A stretch of DNA of 39,253 nt from Solirubrobacterales bacterium (lineage in GTDB: Bacteria; Actinomycetota; Thermoleophilia; Solirubrobacterales; Solirubrobacteraceae). The notes below the pieces were generated by a model that worked only from the letters and a program-made list of their open reading frames with translations, was not told where the DNA came from and searched no databases. Shown here piece by piece: positions 26,211 through 35,004 of the stretch. The stretch lies in the NCBI GenBank assembly GCA_003151895.1, contig PLYX01000062.1, positions 5,427-44,679 on the forward strand. Reading direction: 5' to 3'. The position numbers and the translations under genes were made by a program. Each line of letters begins with the position of its first letter. Position 1 is the first letter of the stretch.

Positions 26211-26235
26211 ACGAGAGGGCGGGATAATCTCGCCG

Positions 26236-26901
26236 GTGCGCGATCTGCAGCTGGTCATATTCGACTGCGACGGGGTTCTGGTCGACAGCGAGGTGATCTC
26301 CAACAGCGTGCTCGCCCGTCTGTTGACCACTGATGGCTTGCCGACAACCCTGGCTGAGGCTCGTCGCGATTACCAAGGCCTGCTGTTGGGCGAGGTCTTC
26401 GATCGGGCGCAGGAGAAGCTGGGCCGCTCGCTTCCGAATGACTGGCTGGTGCGGTTCGAGAGCGAGCGCGCCGAGGCGTTCCATCGTGAGCTCAGACCTG
26501 TGCCGGGAGCGGCTGAGGTCGTCGAACGAGTCTGCGCGGCCGGGGTCGCGGTGTGCGTCGCCTCTCAAGGCAAGCTCGAGAAGACGAGACTCTCACTCGA
26601 CATAACCGGACTTCGCCGTCTCTTTCCGGAGCCGACGTTGTTCTCGGCCTACAGCGTCGCTCTGGGCAAGCCCCACCCCGACCTCTTCCTGCACGCGGCG
26701 GCCGAGATCGGAGCCGATCCTGCCCGTTGCGTAGTCGTGGAGGACACGCCTTCCGGGGTCATGGCCGGCGTATCGGCCGGCATGCGTGTGTTCGGTTACA
26801 CCGCCGACAGTGATGAACACGCGCTGCGGCAGGCCGGCGCCGTGACTTTCCGATCGCTCGATGAGTTGCCGACGCTGCTGGGTCTACCCGGATTTGGGTG
26901 A
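26236..26901 (+). CDS. HAD-superfamily hydrolase/phosphatase (subfamily IA)
   Basis: VIFDCDGVLVDSE, VASQG, GKPHPDLF and VVEDTPSG. GTG 26236 lies 7 nt after GATAAT. Confidence 0.92.
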   Translation: MRDLQLVIFDCDGVLVDSEVISNSVLARLLTTDGLPTTLAEARRDYQGLLLGEVFDRAQEKLGRSLPNDWLVRFESERAEAFHRELRPVPGAAEVVERVCAAGVAVCVASQGKLEKTRLSLDITGLRRLFPEPTLFSAYSVALGKPHPDLFLHAAAEIGADPARCVVVEDTPSGVMAGVSAGMRVFGYTADSDEHALRQAGAVTFRSLDELPTLLGLPGFG

Positions 26902-27029
26902 AAGCGCCGCGGTAGGGGACTTCGGCTCGATCCCTCGTCCGCACGCGCCCGAGTCCGTAGTTTTCGCGGAGAAGGATGCGCGCGCGGCGCGGATGTGCGC
27001 CGGAACCGACGGTGTGAGGCTACCGCCAG

Positions 27030-28160
27030 ATGCAGCACTCGACGGTGAGCCCAGCAGCGCTCGGCCGGTTGGTGGGGCTGCGTACCGGCGGTCGTCCGGT
27101 GCTCAGCCTCTATCTGAACCTGGACCCTTCCCTGGCGCCCCACATCTCAGACCGTCGCATCGAGCTCGACTCGCTGCTGTGCGAGGCGGCCACGCAGGCC
27201 CGGACGATGGGGGACCGGGATGGGGCGCACGAGATCATGCGGGTCAGGCGCTTCTTCGTCGACGAGCGCCTCGCCGTGAACGGGGCGCGTGGGCTCGCGG
27301 TGTTCTCGTGCGAGACGGACGGCTTCTTCGAAGTGCTCGCGCTGCCTGACGGCGTGGCGCCCGCCATCCACCTCGATGAACGGGCCGTCATCGAGCCGCT
27401 CGTCGAGATGGTGTGCCCAGAGCGCTGGTGCGTGCTGTTGCTCAGCAGCCGGGCGAGCCGAATCTTCCTCGGCAGTCGCGACTCGCTGTCGGAGATACAG
27501 CACGTGTTCGACGACGTGCACCGCCGTCACAGCCAGGGCGGCTGGTCGCAGGCGCGCTACCAGCGTGGTATCCAGAAGGAGATCGACGGGCACATCAGGC
27601 AGACGTGCGAGCTGCTGTCCGAGCGCTGCCGGAGCGAGCCGTTTCACCACCTCGTGTTGGGCTGCTCGCTGGAGTTGCGCCCGCGAGTCGAACGGGAGCT
27701 GCATCCCGACCTGCGCGAGCGCGTCGAGGGGCACTTCGAGATCGACGTCGAGCGGGCCACGGCCGAGCAGGTCTACGGGCGGGCGCTGCCCGCGATCGAG
27801 GCGCAGGAGAGCGGGCGCGAACGCGACGCTCTCGACCGCCTGACGGAGGGGTTGGCGCCAGACGGACACGCCTCGGTGGGGTTGGAGGAGACGCTTGGGC
27901 TGCTGCAGGAGGGGCGCGTGCAAATGCTCCTGGTCGCACGCGGCTATACGGCGCCGGGATTCGTATGCCCGCGCTGCGGTCGTCTGGACGTCGAGGATCG
28001 GCTGTGTTCGCTCGACGGGACGGCGATGCGCCCGCACAAGAACATCGTGGAGCGCGCGATCGAGTGTGCTCTGGTGAGGTCGGTGGAGGTGCTCATCATG
28101 CGCGGGCATGCGGGCGAGCTCGAGCGCCACGGCTCGATTGCGGCGTTGCTGCGCTACTGA
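27030..28160 (+). CDS. Bacterial archaeo-eukaryotic-type release factor homologue (baeRF/aeRF1-Vms1 superfamily)
   Basis: VLSLYLNLDP, GLAVFSC, catalytic-loop-like HSQGGWSQARYQR, GRV..LLV, a CPRC...C..DG zinc ribbon and C-terminal GSIAALLRY. Confidence 0.8.
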   Translation: MQHSTVSPAALGRLVGLRTGGRPVLSLYLNLDPSLAPHISDRRIELDSLLCEAATQARTMGDRDGAHEIMRVRRFFVDERLAVNGARGLAVFSCETDGFFEVLALPDGVAPAIHLDERAVIEPLVEMVCPERWCVLLLSSRASRIFLGSRDSLSEIQHVFDDVHRRHSQGGWSQARYQRGIQKEIDGHIRQTCELLSERCRSEPFHHLVLGCSLELRPRVERELHPDLRERVEGHFEIDVERATAEQVYGRALPAIEAQESGRERDALDRLTEGLAPDGHASVGLEETLGLLQEGRVQMLLVARGYTAPGFVCPRCGRLDVEDRLCSLDGTAMRPHKNIVERAIECALVRSVEVLIMRGHAGELERHGSIAALLRY

Positions 28161-28299
28161 GCGCCTTTCGTGACCGCGACCCAGAGCACAGGCTCAGGGT
28201 GACCCCGGCGCCCGCCGCGAGCGCCCCGCGAAGTTACCCACGCGCGAGAAGCCCGATCGCCGCGGGTGGAGGGTGTCTCCGACGCGACTCGGGGATCGG

Positions 28300-28989
28300 T
28301 CAGGCCTCGCGGGAGCCCTCGGTGCGGCTCATCAGCGCGATCGGCGCCGCAAGCCCCGATGAGCGCCGCAGCGTTGCGATTCGCCTCCCCGGCTGCACCG
28401 CTGGCCTGATCTCGCTCGCGTGCTCGGCCAGTTGCGCGACCGTTCGGTCGAGGTCGCTTGCGAGCAGCGCCAGGCCCCAGAAGCGCGCCGGCCCGTTCGC
28501 GCCGGCGGAGCGCTGCTCCATGACCTCCTCGGGCTCCTGCACCACCTCGAGGATGACTTCGCCGAGCCGGAAGAACGCCTGGCGAGGCGCTCCCGCCGGT
28601 GTCGGCTGCTCGCGGATGCGGCGCAGGTCGAGCCTGGCGGATCGGAGCGTTCGCACGCTGCGGTCGAGCGCCGGTGAGAACGCCACCACGTGGTCGATTG
28701 CCATCACGCCGTTTGGATGGTCGGGGCCGGCGGTGGGGGGTGGGCGGTCCGAATAGGTGGTCGGAAGGCCGTCGAGCTCGCTGCTCGCGATCCCGCGAAG
28801 CGACCAACCGAGGATTCCCCGCCCTGCGTCTCGGCCTGCAAGCGCCAAGCGAACGGCGCCGAGTTGCACGGCGCCGTCGGAGGTGGTGAAGCCGAGCGCC
28901 TCCCAGCGGGAGGGATCGTCGGCGAGCGTGATCTCGTCGATCGTCGGCGCCACGGTGACGCTCGCGGCGCCGGTGGGGTTCTCAGTCAC
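28300..28989 (-). CDS. VOC/glyoxalase-family protein
   Basis: HPNGV.AIDHVV, QAFFRLGEVILEVV, FWGLA and AVQPGRRIAT motifs. Confidence 0.8.
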   Translation of the reverse strand: MTENPTGAASVTVAPTIDEITLADDPSRWEALGFTTSDGAVQLGAVRLALAGRDAGRGILGWSLRGIASSELDGLPTTYSDRPPPTAGPDHPNGVMAIDHVVAFSPALDRSVRTLRSARLDLRRIREQPTPAGAPRQAFFRLGEVILEVVQEPEEVMEQRSAGANGPARFWGLALLASDLDRTVAQLAEHASEIRPAVQPGRRIATLRRSSGLAAPIALMSRTEGSREA

Positions 28990-29029
28990 GCGTCCGGCCT
29001 GCTCGGAGCCACGCTCGAGTCCGCTCGCC

Positions 29030-30262
29030 CTAGGGCGTCAGCCGGACCGGGAGTGTCTTGAGCTGGTTGATGAACGCCGACTCGACCGTCAACGGCTCGC
29101 CGATGATCTCCATTTTCGGGAAGCGCTTGAGCGTCTCCTCGAACAGGATGCGCAACTCCAGTCGCGCCAGCGCGGTGCCGAGGCAGAAGTGACGTCCGCC
29201 CGCTCCGAACGCCTGGTGCTCGGTGGTGCGGCGCACGTCGAAGCAATCGGGGTCCTCAAAGCGCGACTCGTCGCGGTTGGAGGATACGTACCACATCACC
29301 ACACGCTCACCCTCTTTGATCTGCCTGCCGCCGAGCTCGGTGTCTTTCGTGGCCGTGCGCCTGAAGTGGGCGAACGCGGGGAACATGCGCAGCGACTCCT
29401 CCACCGCGGCGGGCACGAGCGACGGATCTTCGAGCAGCAGCTGTCGCTGGTCGGGGTTTTCCATCAGCGCGCGCATCCCGCTGCAGTAGGTCGCCTTGGT
29501 GCTGTCGTTGCCGGCGGCCACGAGCAGGAAGAAGCCCATCACGATCTCGTGCTCCTCGAGCTTCTGCCCGTCCACTTCGGCATGCACCAGCACGCTCGTC
29601 AGGTCGTCGGTCGGGTGCTCGCGCCGCTGCGCGATCATGCGCCCGCAGCGCTCGAAGATCTCCGGGATCTCTTTCTCCATGACGCTCTCCACGCCCGCGG
29701 GGTTGAGGTCCGGGTCGCCCGCGCCGAGCGTCGAGTTCATCAGCCGCGCCCAGGTCGCGTCGTCCTCCTCGGGGATGCCCATGAAGCTGCCGATCACGCG
29801 TGAGACGACCGGCTGGGCGACGTCGTTGACAAGATCGCAACTGGCGCGTCCCTCGAGGCCGTCGAGCGTCTTCAGCACGATCTCGCGGATGGCGTGCTCG
29901 TGGGCGGCAATCCTCTTCGGGGTGAACCCAGCCTGAAAGAGCGCCTTCACGCGGTCGTGCTTGGGGGGGTCCATCCCGATGAACATCGCCCGCGTCAGCT
30001 CGAGCGGGAAGATCGTCGAGATCACGGTCACGCCGCCCAGTTCCGAGGAGAACGTGCGCCAGTCGCGGCTGACCTTGTGGATGTCATCGGCGCTCGTCAC
30101 CGACCAGAAGCCTCCCTCCTCGGGGAATTCGCTGATTTCCCTGGTCCAGTGGACCGGACAGCCCTGACGCAGGTCTTTGAACAGGGCGTGGGGCGGCCCC
30201 TTCGCCCATATCTCGCGCTCGAGCAGGAGCTGGTCCTCGAGCTTGGTGTCAATCGCTGTCAT
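29030..30262 (-). CDS. Cytochrome P450 (CYP124/125/142-like)
   Basis: MDPPKH, I-helix AAGNDST, EESLR, SSNRDE and heme ligand FGAGGRHFCLG. GGAGG RBS before ATG 30262. Confidence 0.93.
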   Translation of the reverse strand: MTAIDTKLEDQLLLEREIWAKGPPHALFKDLRQGCPVHWTREISEFPEEGGFWSVTSADDIHKVSRDWRTFSSELGGVTVISTIFPLELTRAMFIGMDPPKHDRVKALFQAGFTPKRIAAHEHAIREIVLKTLDGLEGRASCDLVNDVAQPVVSRVIGSFMGIPEEDDATWARLMNSTLGAGDPDLNPAGVESVMEKEIPEIFERCGRMIAQRREHPTDDLTSVLVHAEVDGQKLEEHEIVMGFFLLVAAGNDSTKATYCSGMRALMENPDQRQLLLEDPSLVPAAVEESLRMFPAFAHFRRTATKDTELGGRQIKEGERVVMWYVSSNRDESRFEDPDCFDVRRTTEHQAFGAGGRHFCLGTALARLELRILFEETLKRFPKMEIIGEPLTVESAFINQLKTLPVRLTP

Positions 30263-30351
30263 CGAAGCCTCCAGTCGCTGCGCGGGGGGCGCAGCCTCCG
30301 ATGTTACCCGCCGCCGACAAACTTGGCCGTGCAGCCAGCTCACGGTGGCAC

Positions 30352-30380
30352 TTGAACAAAGTCTTGGCATGCCTTATCAT
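30352..30380 (+). promoter_or_regulatory. Sigma70-type promoter for a leaderless mntR-like transcript, with an overlapping palindromic operator
   Basis: TTGAAC-17 nt-TATCAT, with the ATG 6 nt downstream. The spacer contains the palindrome GGCATGCC. Confidence 0.6.
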
Positions 30381-30386
30381 TTGTGC

Positions 30387-31118
30387 ATGGTCTCCAAGGA
30401 AAGTGTGCGCTCGCCGGCGATCGAGGATTACAGCAAGGCGATCTACACGCTGGAAACCCGGGCGGACGAGCCCGTTTCGACCAACGCGCTCGCAGAGCGG
30501 CTGGATCTCACGAGCGGCTCGGTGTCGGGGATGCTCAAGAAGCTCGACGAGCTAGGACTGATCTCGCACGTGCCATATCGCGGCGTACGGCTCACCCCCG
30601 AGGGACGACGGCTCGCACTCGAGGTGATCCGCCATCATCGGTTGCTCGAGCTCTACCTCGCCGAAGCCCTGCAGATGCCTTGGGATCGCGTGCACGACGA
30701 GGCGGAGGTGCTCGAGCACGTCCTCTCCGAGGATCTCGAGGAATTGATCGCGGCGAAGCTCGGCAATCCAACGATCGACCCGCACGGCGACCCGATCCCG
30801 AGCGCTGACCTGGAGCTCGAGGAGCACCCCACCCGCAGCCTTGAGAGCCTCGTGCCCGGCGACGAGGGGACCTTCGTGCGCGTGTCCGACGCCGACCCGG
30901 AGATGCTGCGTTACCTGGCCCAGCAGGGCATCCTGCCGGGGGGGCGCATCCACGTGCTCGAGCGCCAGCCCTTCGGCGGTCCACTGCTCGTCAGGGTCGC
31001 GGGACACGAGCATGCCATCGGCGGCCAGCTTGCCGGCGCCATGCGCGTCGAGGTCGACCAGACACCTCAGAAGCACCGGGCGCCCACCCGCAGGGAGCCG
31101 GTCGATGGCCACGACTGA
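30387..31118 (+). CDS. mntR: DtxR/MntR-family metal-dependent repressor with FeoA-like domain (Mn-type residues)
   Basis: EDY.KAIY, HTH, RHHRLLE, VHDEAEVLEH, DPHGDPIP and a C-terminal SH3/FeoA-like domain. Confidence 0.88.
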   Translation: MVSKESVRSPAIEDYSKAIYTLETRADEPVSTNALAERLDLTSGSVSGMLKKLDELGLISHVPYRGVRLTPEGRRLALEVIRHHRLLELYLAEALQMPWDRVHDEAEVLEHVLSEDLEELIAAKLGNPTIDPHGDPIPSADLELEEHPTRSLESLVPGDEGTFVRVSDADPEMLRYLAQQGILPGGRIHVLERQPFGGPLLVRVAGHEHAIGGQLAGAMRVEVDQTPQKHRAPTRREPVDGHD

Positions 31119-32478
31119 AGTCGCCGTGTCCCCCGGTCTCCTCCTGCCGCCGCTGACCGAGGAGGACGCCGTACGGTCGTGGGACCGCTCGCGCGTTCAT
31201 CACGCTCGCGGACACAGCAAGCGGTGGCGGCTTTTGTGGCTGCTGGTAGGCCCCGGGATCCTTGCCATGCTCGGGGAGAACGACGGGCCGAGCATGATCG
31301 CCTACGCCTCCGACGGGGCGCAGTACGGGCTCGGGTTCTTCGTGCCGTTCATTCCGGTGCTGTTCGCGATGGCCTACGTCTGCCAGGAGATGTGCATGCG
31401 CGTCGGCGCGGTCACCCACCGTGGATATGGCGAGCTGGTTCTGCAGCGCTACGGAAGGGTGTGGGGCTGGTTCGGCGCCGGCGATCTCACCCTCACCAAC
31501 CTGGTCACGCTCGTAGCCGAGTTCATCTCCATCCGTGTTGGGCTGGCCTACTTCCACCTCGGCTCCGGCGTGGCCGTCGCGCTCGGACTGGCGCTGGTCG
31601 TGTTCACCCTCAGCGGTGGGCGCTACTGGCGCTGGGAGCGGATCGTGCTCGGGATGGCCCTCTTCAACGGCCTGTTCCTGCTGGCCGCGATCCTGGTCAA
31701 ACCCCACGTCGGAGCGCTCGTCAGCTCGTTGGCTTTCAGCCCCTTTCCCGGCGGGAGCTTCAACACACTGCTGCTGCTGCTGGCCTCAACGATCGGCGCC
31801 ACGGTGACGCCATGGATGATCTTCTTCCAGCAGAGCGCCTGCGCCGACAAGGGAATGACTCCCCGCGACGTCAAACACGGCCGCTATGACACCGCGGTGG
31901 GCGCGGTTCTGGCCGCGATCTTCGGGGTTGGCGCGCTGATCGCCGGGGCGGCGCTGCGGGTGGGTGGGCATCAGGTCATATCGGGCATCCAGGGGTTCGC
32001 GGGCGCCGGGTTCCCACAGGCGCTGGGGCACGTCGCGGGCGGCGCCGCCGGTAGCGTGTTCGCGCTGGGACTCATCGAGGCCGGAGCGGTGGCCATACTC
32101 ACGATCTCTGCCAGCACCGCCTATGCCGCCGGAGAATGCGTCGGGGTCTCCCACAGCTTCAACAGCTCGCCGCGCAACGCCATCGTCTTCTATGCCGCGA
32201 ACATCGGGGTCGCGCTGCTCGCCGCGGCGGTCATCCTCATTCCGGGCGCGCCGCTGCTGTCGATCGCGCTCAACGCCAACGTGCTCGCGACCGTGCTGCT
32301 CCCCGTCAGCCTGGTCTTGATGGTCATGCTCGCCAACGACAAGGGACTGATGGGCGCGTGGGCGAACAAGCGCTCAACCAACGTGATCGGGGTCGCGGTC
32401 ATCGCGTTCGTCGGACTCTGCGGAGCCGCATACGGCATCGACTCGTTCCTACAGACAATCCATCTCATCGGCTCATGA
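31105..32478 (+). CDS. Nramp-superfamily divalent metal transporter (NRMT-like, non-MntH motifs)
   Basis: GPG...GENDGP, QEM..RVGAVT.RG, GATVTPWMIFFQQS and NDK.LMG.WAN; about 11 TM helices. Confidence 0.88.
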   Translation: MATTEVAVSPGLLLPPLTEEDAVRSWDRSRVHHARGHSKRWRLLWLLVGPGILAMLGENDGPSMIAYASDGAQYGLGFFVPFIPVLFAMAYVCQEMCMRVGAVTHRGYGELVLQRYGRVWGWFGAGDLTLTNLVTLVAEFISIRVGLAYFHLGSGVAVALGLALVVFTLSGGRYWRWERIVLGMALFNGLFLLAAILVKPHVGALVSSLAFSPFPGGSFNTLLLLLASTIGATVTPWMIFFQQSACADKGMTPRDVKHGRYDTAVGAVLAAIFGVGALIAGAALRVGGHQVISGIQGFAGAGFPQALGHVAGGAAGSVFALGLIEAGAVAILTISASTAYAAGECVGVSHSFNSSPRNAIVFYAANIGVALLAAAVILIPGAPLLSIALNANVLATVLLPVSLVLMVMLANDKGLMGAWANKRSTNVIGVAVIAFVGLCGAAYGIDSFLQTIHLIGS

Positions 32479-32732
32479 ATACAGAAGCATCGGTCATGAA
32501 CGACGCGCACCATGACCCCGGCATCCGAGAGCGGGATCTGCAACCACAGGAGCGCTTCGAGGACGAGCTGATCATGCACCTCGAGCGCGATCAGTTCGTA
32601 GCCGAAACCTCCCGGCCGGTACCGCGAGCCGCACTCAGCGCACGCGCCACAGCCGGACTGTGGGCGCTTCGAGTCTTCGTCGTCCTCGTCAGCCTCATGG
32701 TCATCTACACCTTCATCGACCAGCTGCGCTGA
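32475..32732 (+). CDS. Small membrane protein, 85 aa, translationally coupled to the transporter
   Basis: ATGA overlap with the transporter stop; His/acid-rich N-terminus; C-terminal TM helix LWALRVFVVLVSLMVIYTF. Confidence 0.7.
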   Translation: MNTEASVMNDAHHDPGIRERDLQPQERFEDELIMHLERDQFVAETSRPVPRAALSARATAGLWALRVFVVLVSLMVIYTFIDQLR

Positions 32733-32773
32733 CAGACTCGTCTGTGGGGCGCCGCCGTCGGGGAGGTCCTCGC

Positions 32774-33133
32774 TCAGCCCGCGTGCGGCTTCGTGCGGCG
32801 ACCGCGCCTGATACCCAACCACAGCCACAGTGGATAGGTGGCGAAGATCGCGGCTGAGAGCTTGTGCGTGCGCGGCCCGGCGGCCCGCCAGTCGAACTTG
32901 AACACGCCCGAGTTGAGCATCCAGTCGCGTCCGGATGCCGCACGGCACATCTTCCACACCGGCTTGGTCCAATCCTGGTCGAGGTACAGCCCGATGCTGA
33001 TGCCCCAGAACACAGCCATGTAAGCGACCCCGACGGTTGCGTCGCGTGCGGGGCTCGGCTCAAGGCCGCGCGTGGCGCGCGCGTAGGTGCGGCCTCCGCT
33101 GTAGAGCAATGGCGGGTCGATCAGGAATGACAT
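32774..33133 (-). CDS. Uncharacterised membrane protein, 119 aa (MSFLIDPPLL...SGRDWMLNSGVF...YPLWLWLG)
   Basis: GAGGAGG RBS; start overlaps the end of the GMC gene. Only the last 119 aa of the 606-aa track ORF look protein-like. Confidence 0.75.
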   Translation of the reverse strand: MSFLIDPPLLYSGGRTYARATRGLEPSPARDATVGVAYMAVFWGISIGLYLDQDWTKPVWKMCRAASGRDWMLNSGVFKFDWRAAGPRTHKLSAAIFATYPLWLWLGIRRGRRTKPHAG

Positions 33134-34632
33134 GCGGCCTCCTCGTTTATTTGGGATCCCTCCACCTCGCGGCCGAGCAGCCCGAAGGCAAGCCGCGTGG
33201 CGAGCGCCATGATCGTCATCTGGGGGTTCACGCCGAGCGAGCTGGGCACGGCCGAGCCGTCGGCTACGTACACGCCGCGGACACCGTGCACCTGAAGCTC
33301 GCCGTCGATGACCCCGTGCGCGGGACGCGCGTCCGCACGGGCGGTGCCGAGCGGGTGGAAAGCCATCAGCTTCAGGTCGCGCAGGCGCGCCCGCTCCGGG
33401 CTGACCCCATCGGGGAGCGGCAGGTAGACCTCGCGGGCGCCGGCGGCTTCGAACAGCTCGCGCATGCGCGCCAAGCCGGTTCGGAAGCGCCGCAGGTCCG
33501 CGTCTGTGAGGTCGTAGCGGATCAGCGGCCGGCCGGCCAGTGCTTGCACGCTGCCGCGCGAGCTGTCGGACACCATCACGCCGAACTGCGCCAGCCGGCG
33601 GTAGTCGGCCATCGCCTCGGCGTGACGCGCTCCGGTCAACGGCAGTGACATGGCGGCGTACGCCGGCGGCCCGGCGACGCCCTCGAAGATGATCCCCTCG
33701 CCGGCGAACTCGTCCACGTAGAAGCTCTGGGGCACCCCGTGTGCCATGTCGACGATCTCCTCCATGCGCGCGAACACGGCGGTGGCCGGGTGCAGCGAGA
33801 GGTTCTGCCCGAGCTGGCCAGACTGTGCTCCGAGGTCGCTGCGAGCCAGCAGCAGGGGGGTGTGGATCGTGCCCGCGGCGACGATCACGATCGGTGCGCG
33901 CACCTGAACGCGTGCGCCACTTGCCATTCGCGCCTGCACGCCGCGCGCCACCGGCACGCCGTTGGCGCGCGCGAGAGAACTTGCGGCGCCGTTCTCCAGG
34001 AGCACGCGTTCCACGCGCGCACCGGTCACTATCCGTGCGCCGGCCCGTTCGGCGCGCGGGATATAGGTGATGCCCGTGTGCTGCTTGGCTGAGGTTGGAC
34101 AGCCGAACGCGCACACGCCCGACCCCACGCACCCGCGCGCGTTGCGGCGCAGATAGCCGTGCGACCAGCCGAGGTGCGCGGCGCCGCGGCGGGCTACCTC
34201 CGCATTGGCACCCGCCAGCTCGGGTGTCACCTCGCCCACCGACAGCGCCTCCTCGACGCGTTCGAAGCAGGGTCGTAGCGACTCTTCGCTCACGTCCAGG
34301 CCGAACTCGCGCTGCCAGTGCTCGAGCACCCGCGCCGGCGTGCGAAAGCACGTCCCCGAGTTGATGAGCGTGGTGCCGCCGAGCCCGCGTCCGAGCGGCA
34401 GCAGGATCGGCGGGTTCCCGAGCGTGATCGTCTGGCTGCCGTCGCGGTAGAGCTGGGCGAGCATCTCCGGCGGTCGGGCCGTGAAGGTGTCCGGGTCGTG
34501 CCAGTGGCCCTCCTCGAGCACGACCACGTCCATCCCGCCCTCGGCCAGCTCGGCCGCCGCGACGGCGCCGCCCGCGCCCGCGCCGATCACGCATACCTCC
34601 GCGCTGATATGGGCCGAGTCGCGGATGCTCAC
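33121..34632 (-). CDS. GMC-family flavin oxidoreductase
   Basis: VIGAGAGG, VLEEG, GRGLGGTT.INSG, C.GSGVC..GCP..AK, AAG.IHTP.LL, FHPLGTAR and DGS.VPSSLGVNPQ.TIMALA. Start uncertain (GTG 34632; frame open to 34767). Confidence 0.9.
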   Translation of the reverse strand: MSIRDSAHISAEVCVIGAGAGGAVAAAELAEGGMDVVVLEEGHWHDPDTFTARPPEMLAQLYRDGSQTITLGNPPILLPLGRGLGGTTLINSGTCFRTPARVLEHWQREFGLDVSEESLRPCFERVEEALSVGEVTPELAGANAEVARRGAAHLGWSHGYLRRNARGCVGSGVCAFGCPTSAKQHTGITYIPRAERAGARIVTGARVERVLLENGAASSLARANGVPVARGVQARMASGARVQVRAPIVIVAAGTIHTPLLLARSDLGAQSGQLGQNLSLHPATAVFARMEEIVDMAHGVPQSFYVDEFAGEGIIFEGVAGPPAYAAMSLPLTGARHAEAMADYRRLAQFGVMVSDSSRGSVQALAGRPLIRYDLTDADLRRFRTGLARMRELFEAAGAREVYLPLPDGVSPERARLRDLKLMAFHPLGTARADARPAHGVIDGELQVHGVRGVYVADGSAVPSSLGVNPQMTIMALATRLAFGLLGREVEGSQINEEAACHS

Positions 34633-34672
34633 GGTCGTGCCCGCGGGGTGGTCGATCGCGTCTCGCGGGCGC

Positions 34673-34948
34673 TCATGGCCGTCCCTCGGCGCGTCGCAGC
34701 GCCCGTCCGCGGGCAACCACCGCGGCTCCGTCCCACCCGAGCGTGCGGCTGAGCTCGGGATCGTCATAGCGGGCGAGTGAGGTCACCACCTGCGCGAGCT
34801 GCTCGGCCGCGGGCACGCGCCCGAGCAGCGTCGCGCCGCGCGGGCGACGGGCGAGCGCCACGAGAGCGCGCATCCCGGCTCGCTGGAGCGTCGGGGCGGA
34901 CGCGATGAATGTGTCGAGCGAGCCGCGCGATGGTGAGCCGGTCGGCAT
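34673..34948 (-). CDS. Small hypothetical protein, possibly a GMC partner subunit
   Basis: 91-aa ORF with ATG start directly upstream of the GMC gene; C-terminus YDDP....LGWD...VARGR.LR..EGRP. Confidence 0.6.
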   Translation of the reverse strand: MPTGSPSRGSLDTFIASAPTLQRAGMRALVALARRPRGATLLGRVPAAEQLAQVVTSLARYDDPELSRTLGWDGAAVVARGRALRRAEGRP

Positions 34949-35004
34949 GGCTCGGCCACCGTATCAGTGGCAGGCCAAAGATTGGCTGCGCGGCCAGTCG
35001 GCGC

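Noticed and set aside
26902-27029. Possible riboswitch upstream of the release-factor-like gene
   Set aside because: No recognisable aptamer consensus or convincing stem set by eye; an Rfam/Infernal scan would be needed.
32774-34594. 606-aa ORF overlapping the GMC gene
   Set aside because: Alternative-frame read-through typical of high-GC DNA; only the last 119 aa have an RBS and plausible composition.
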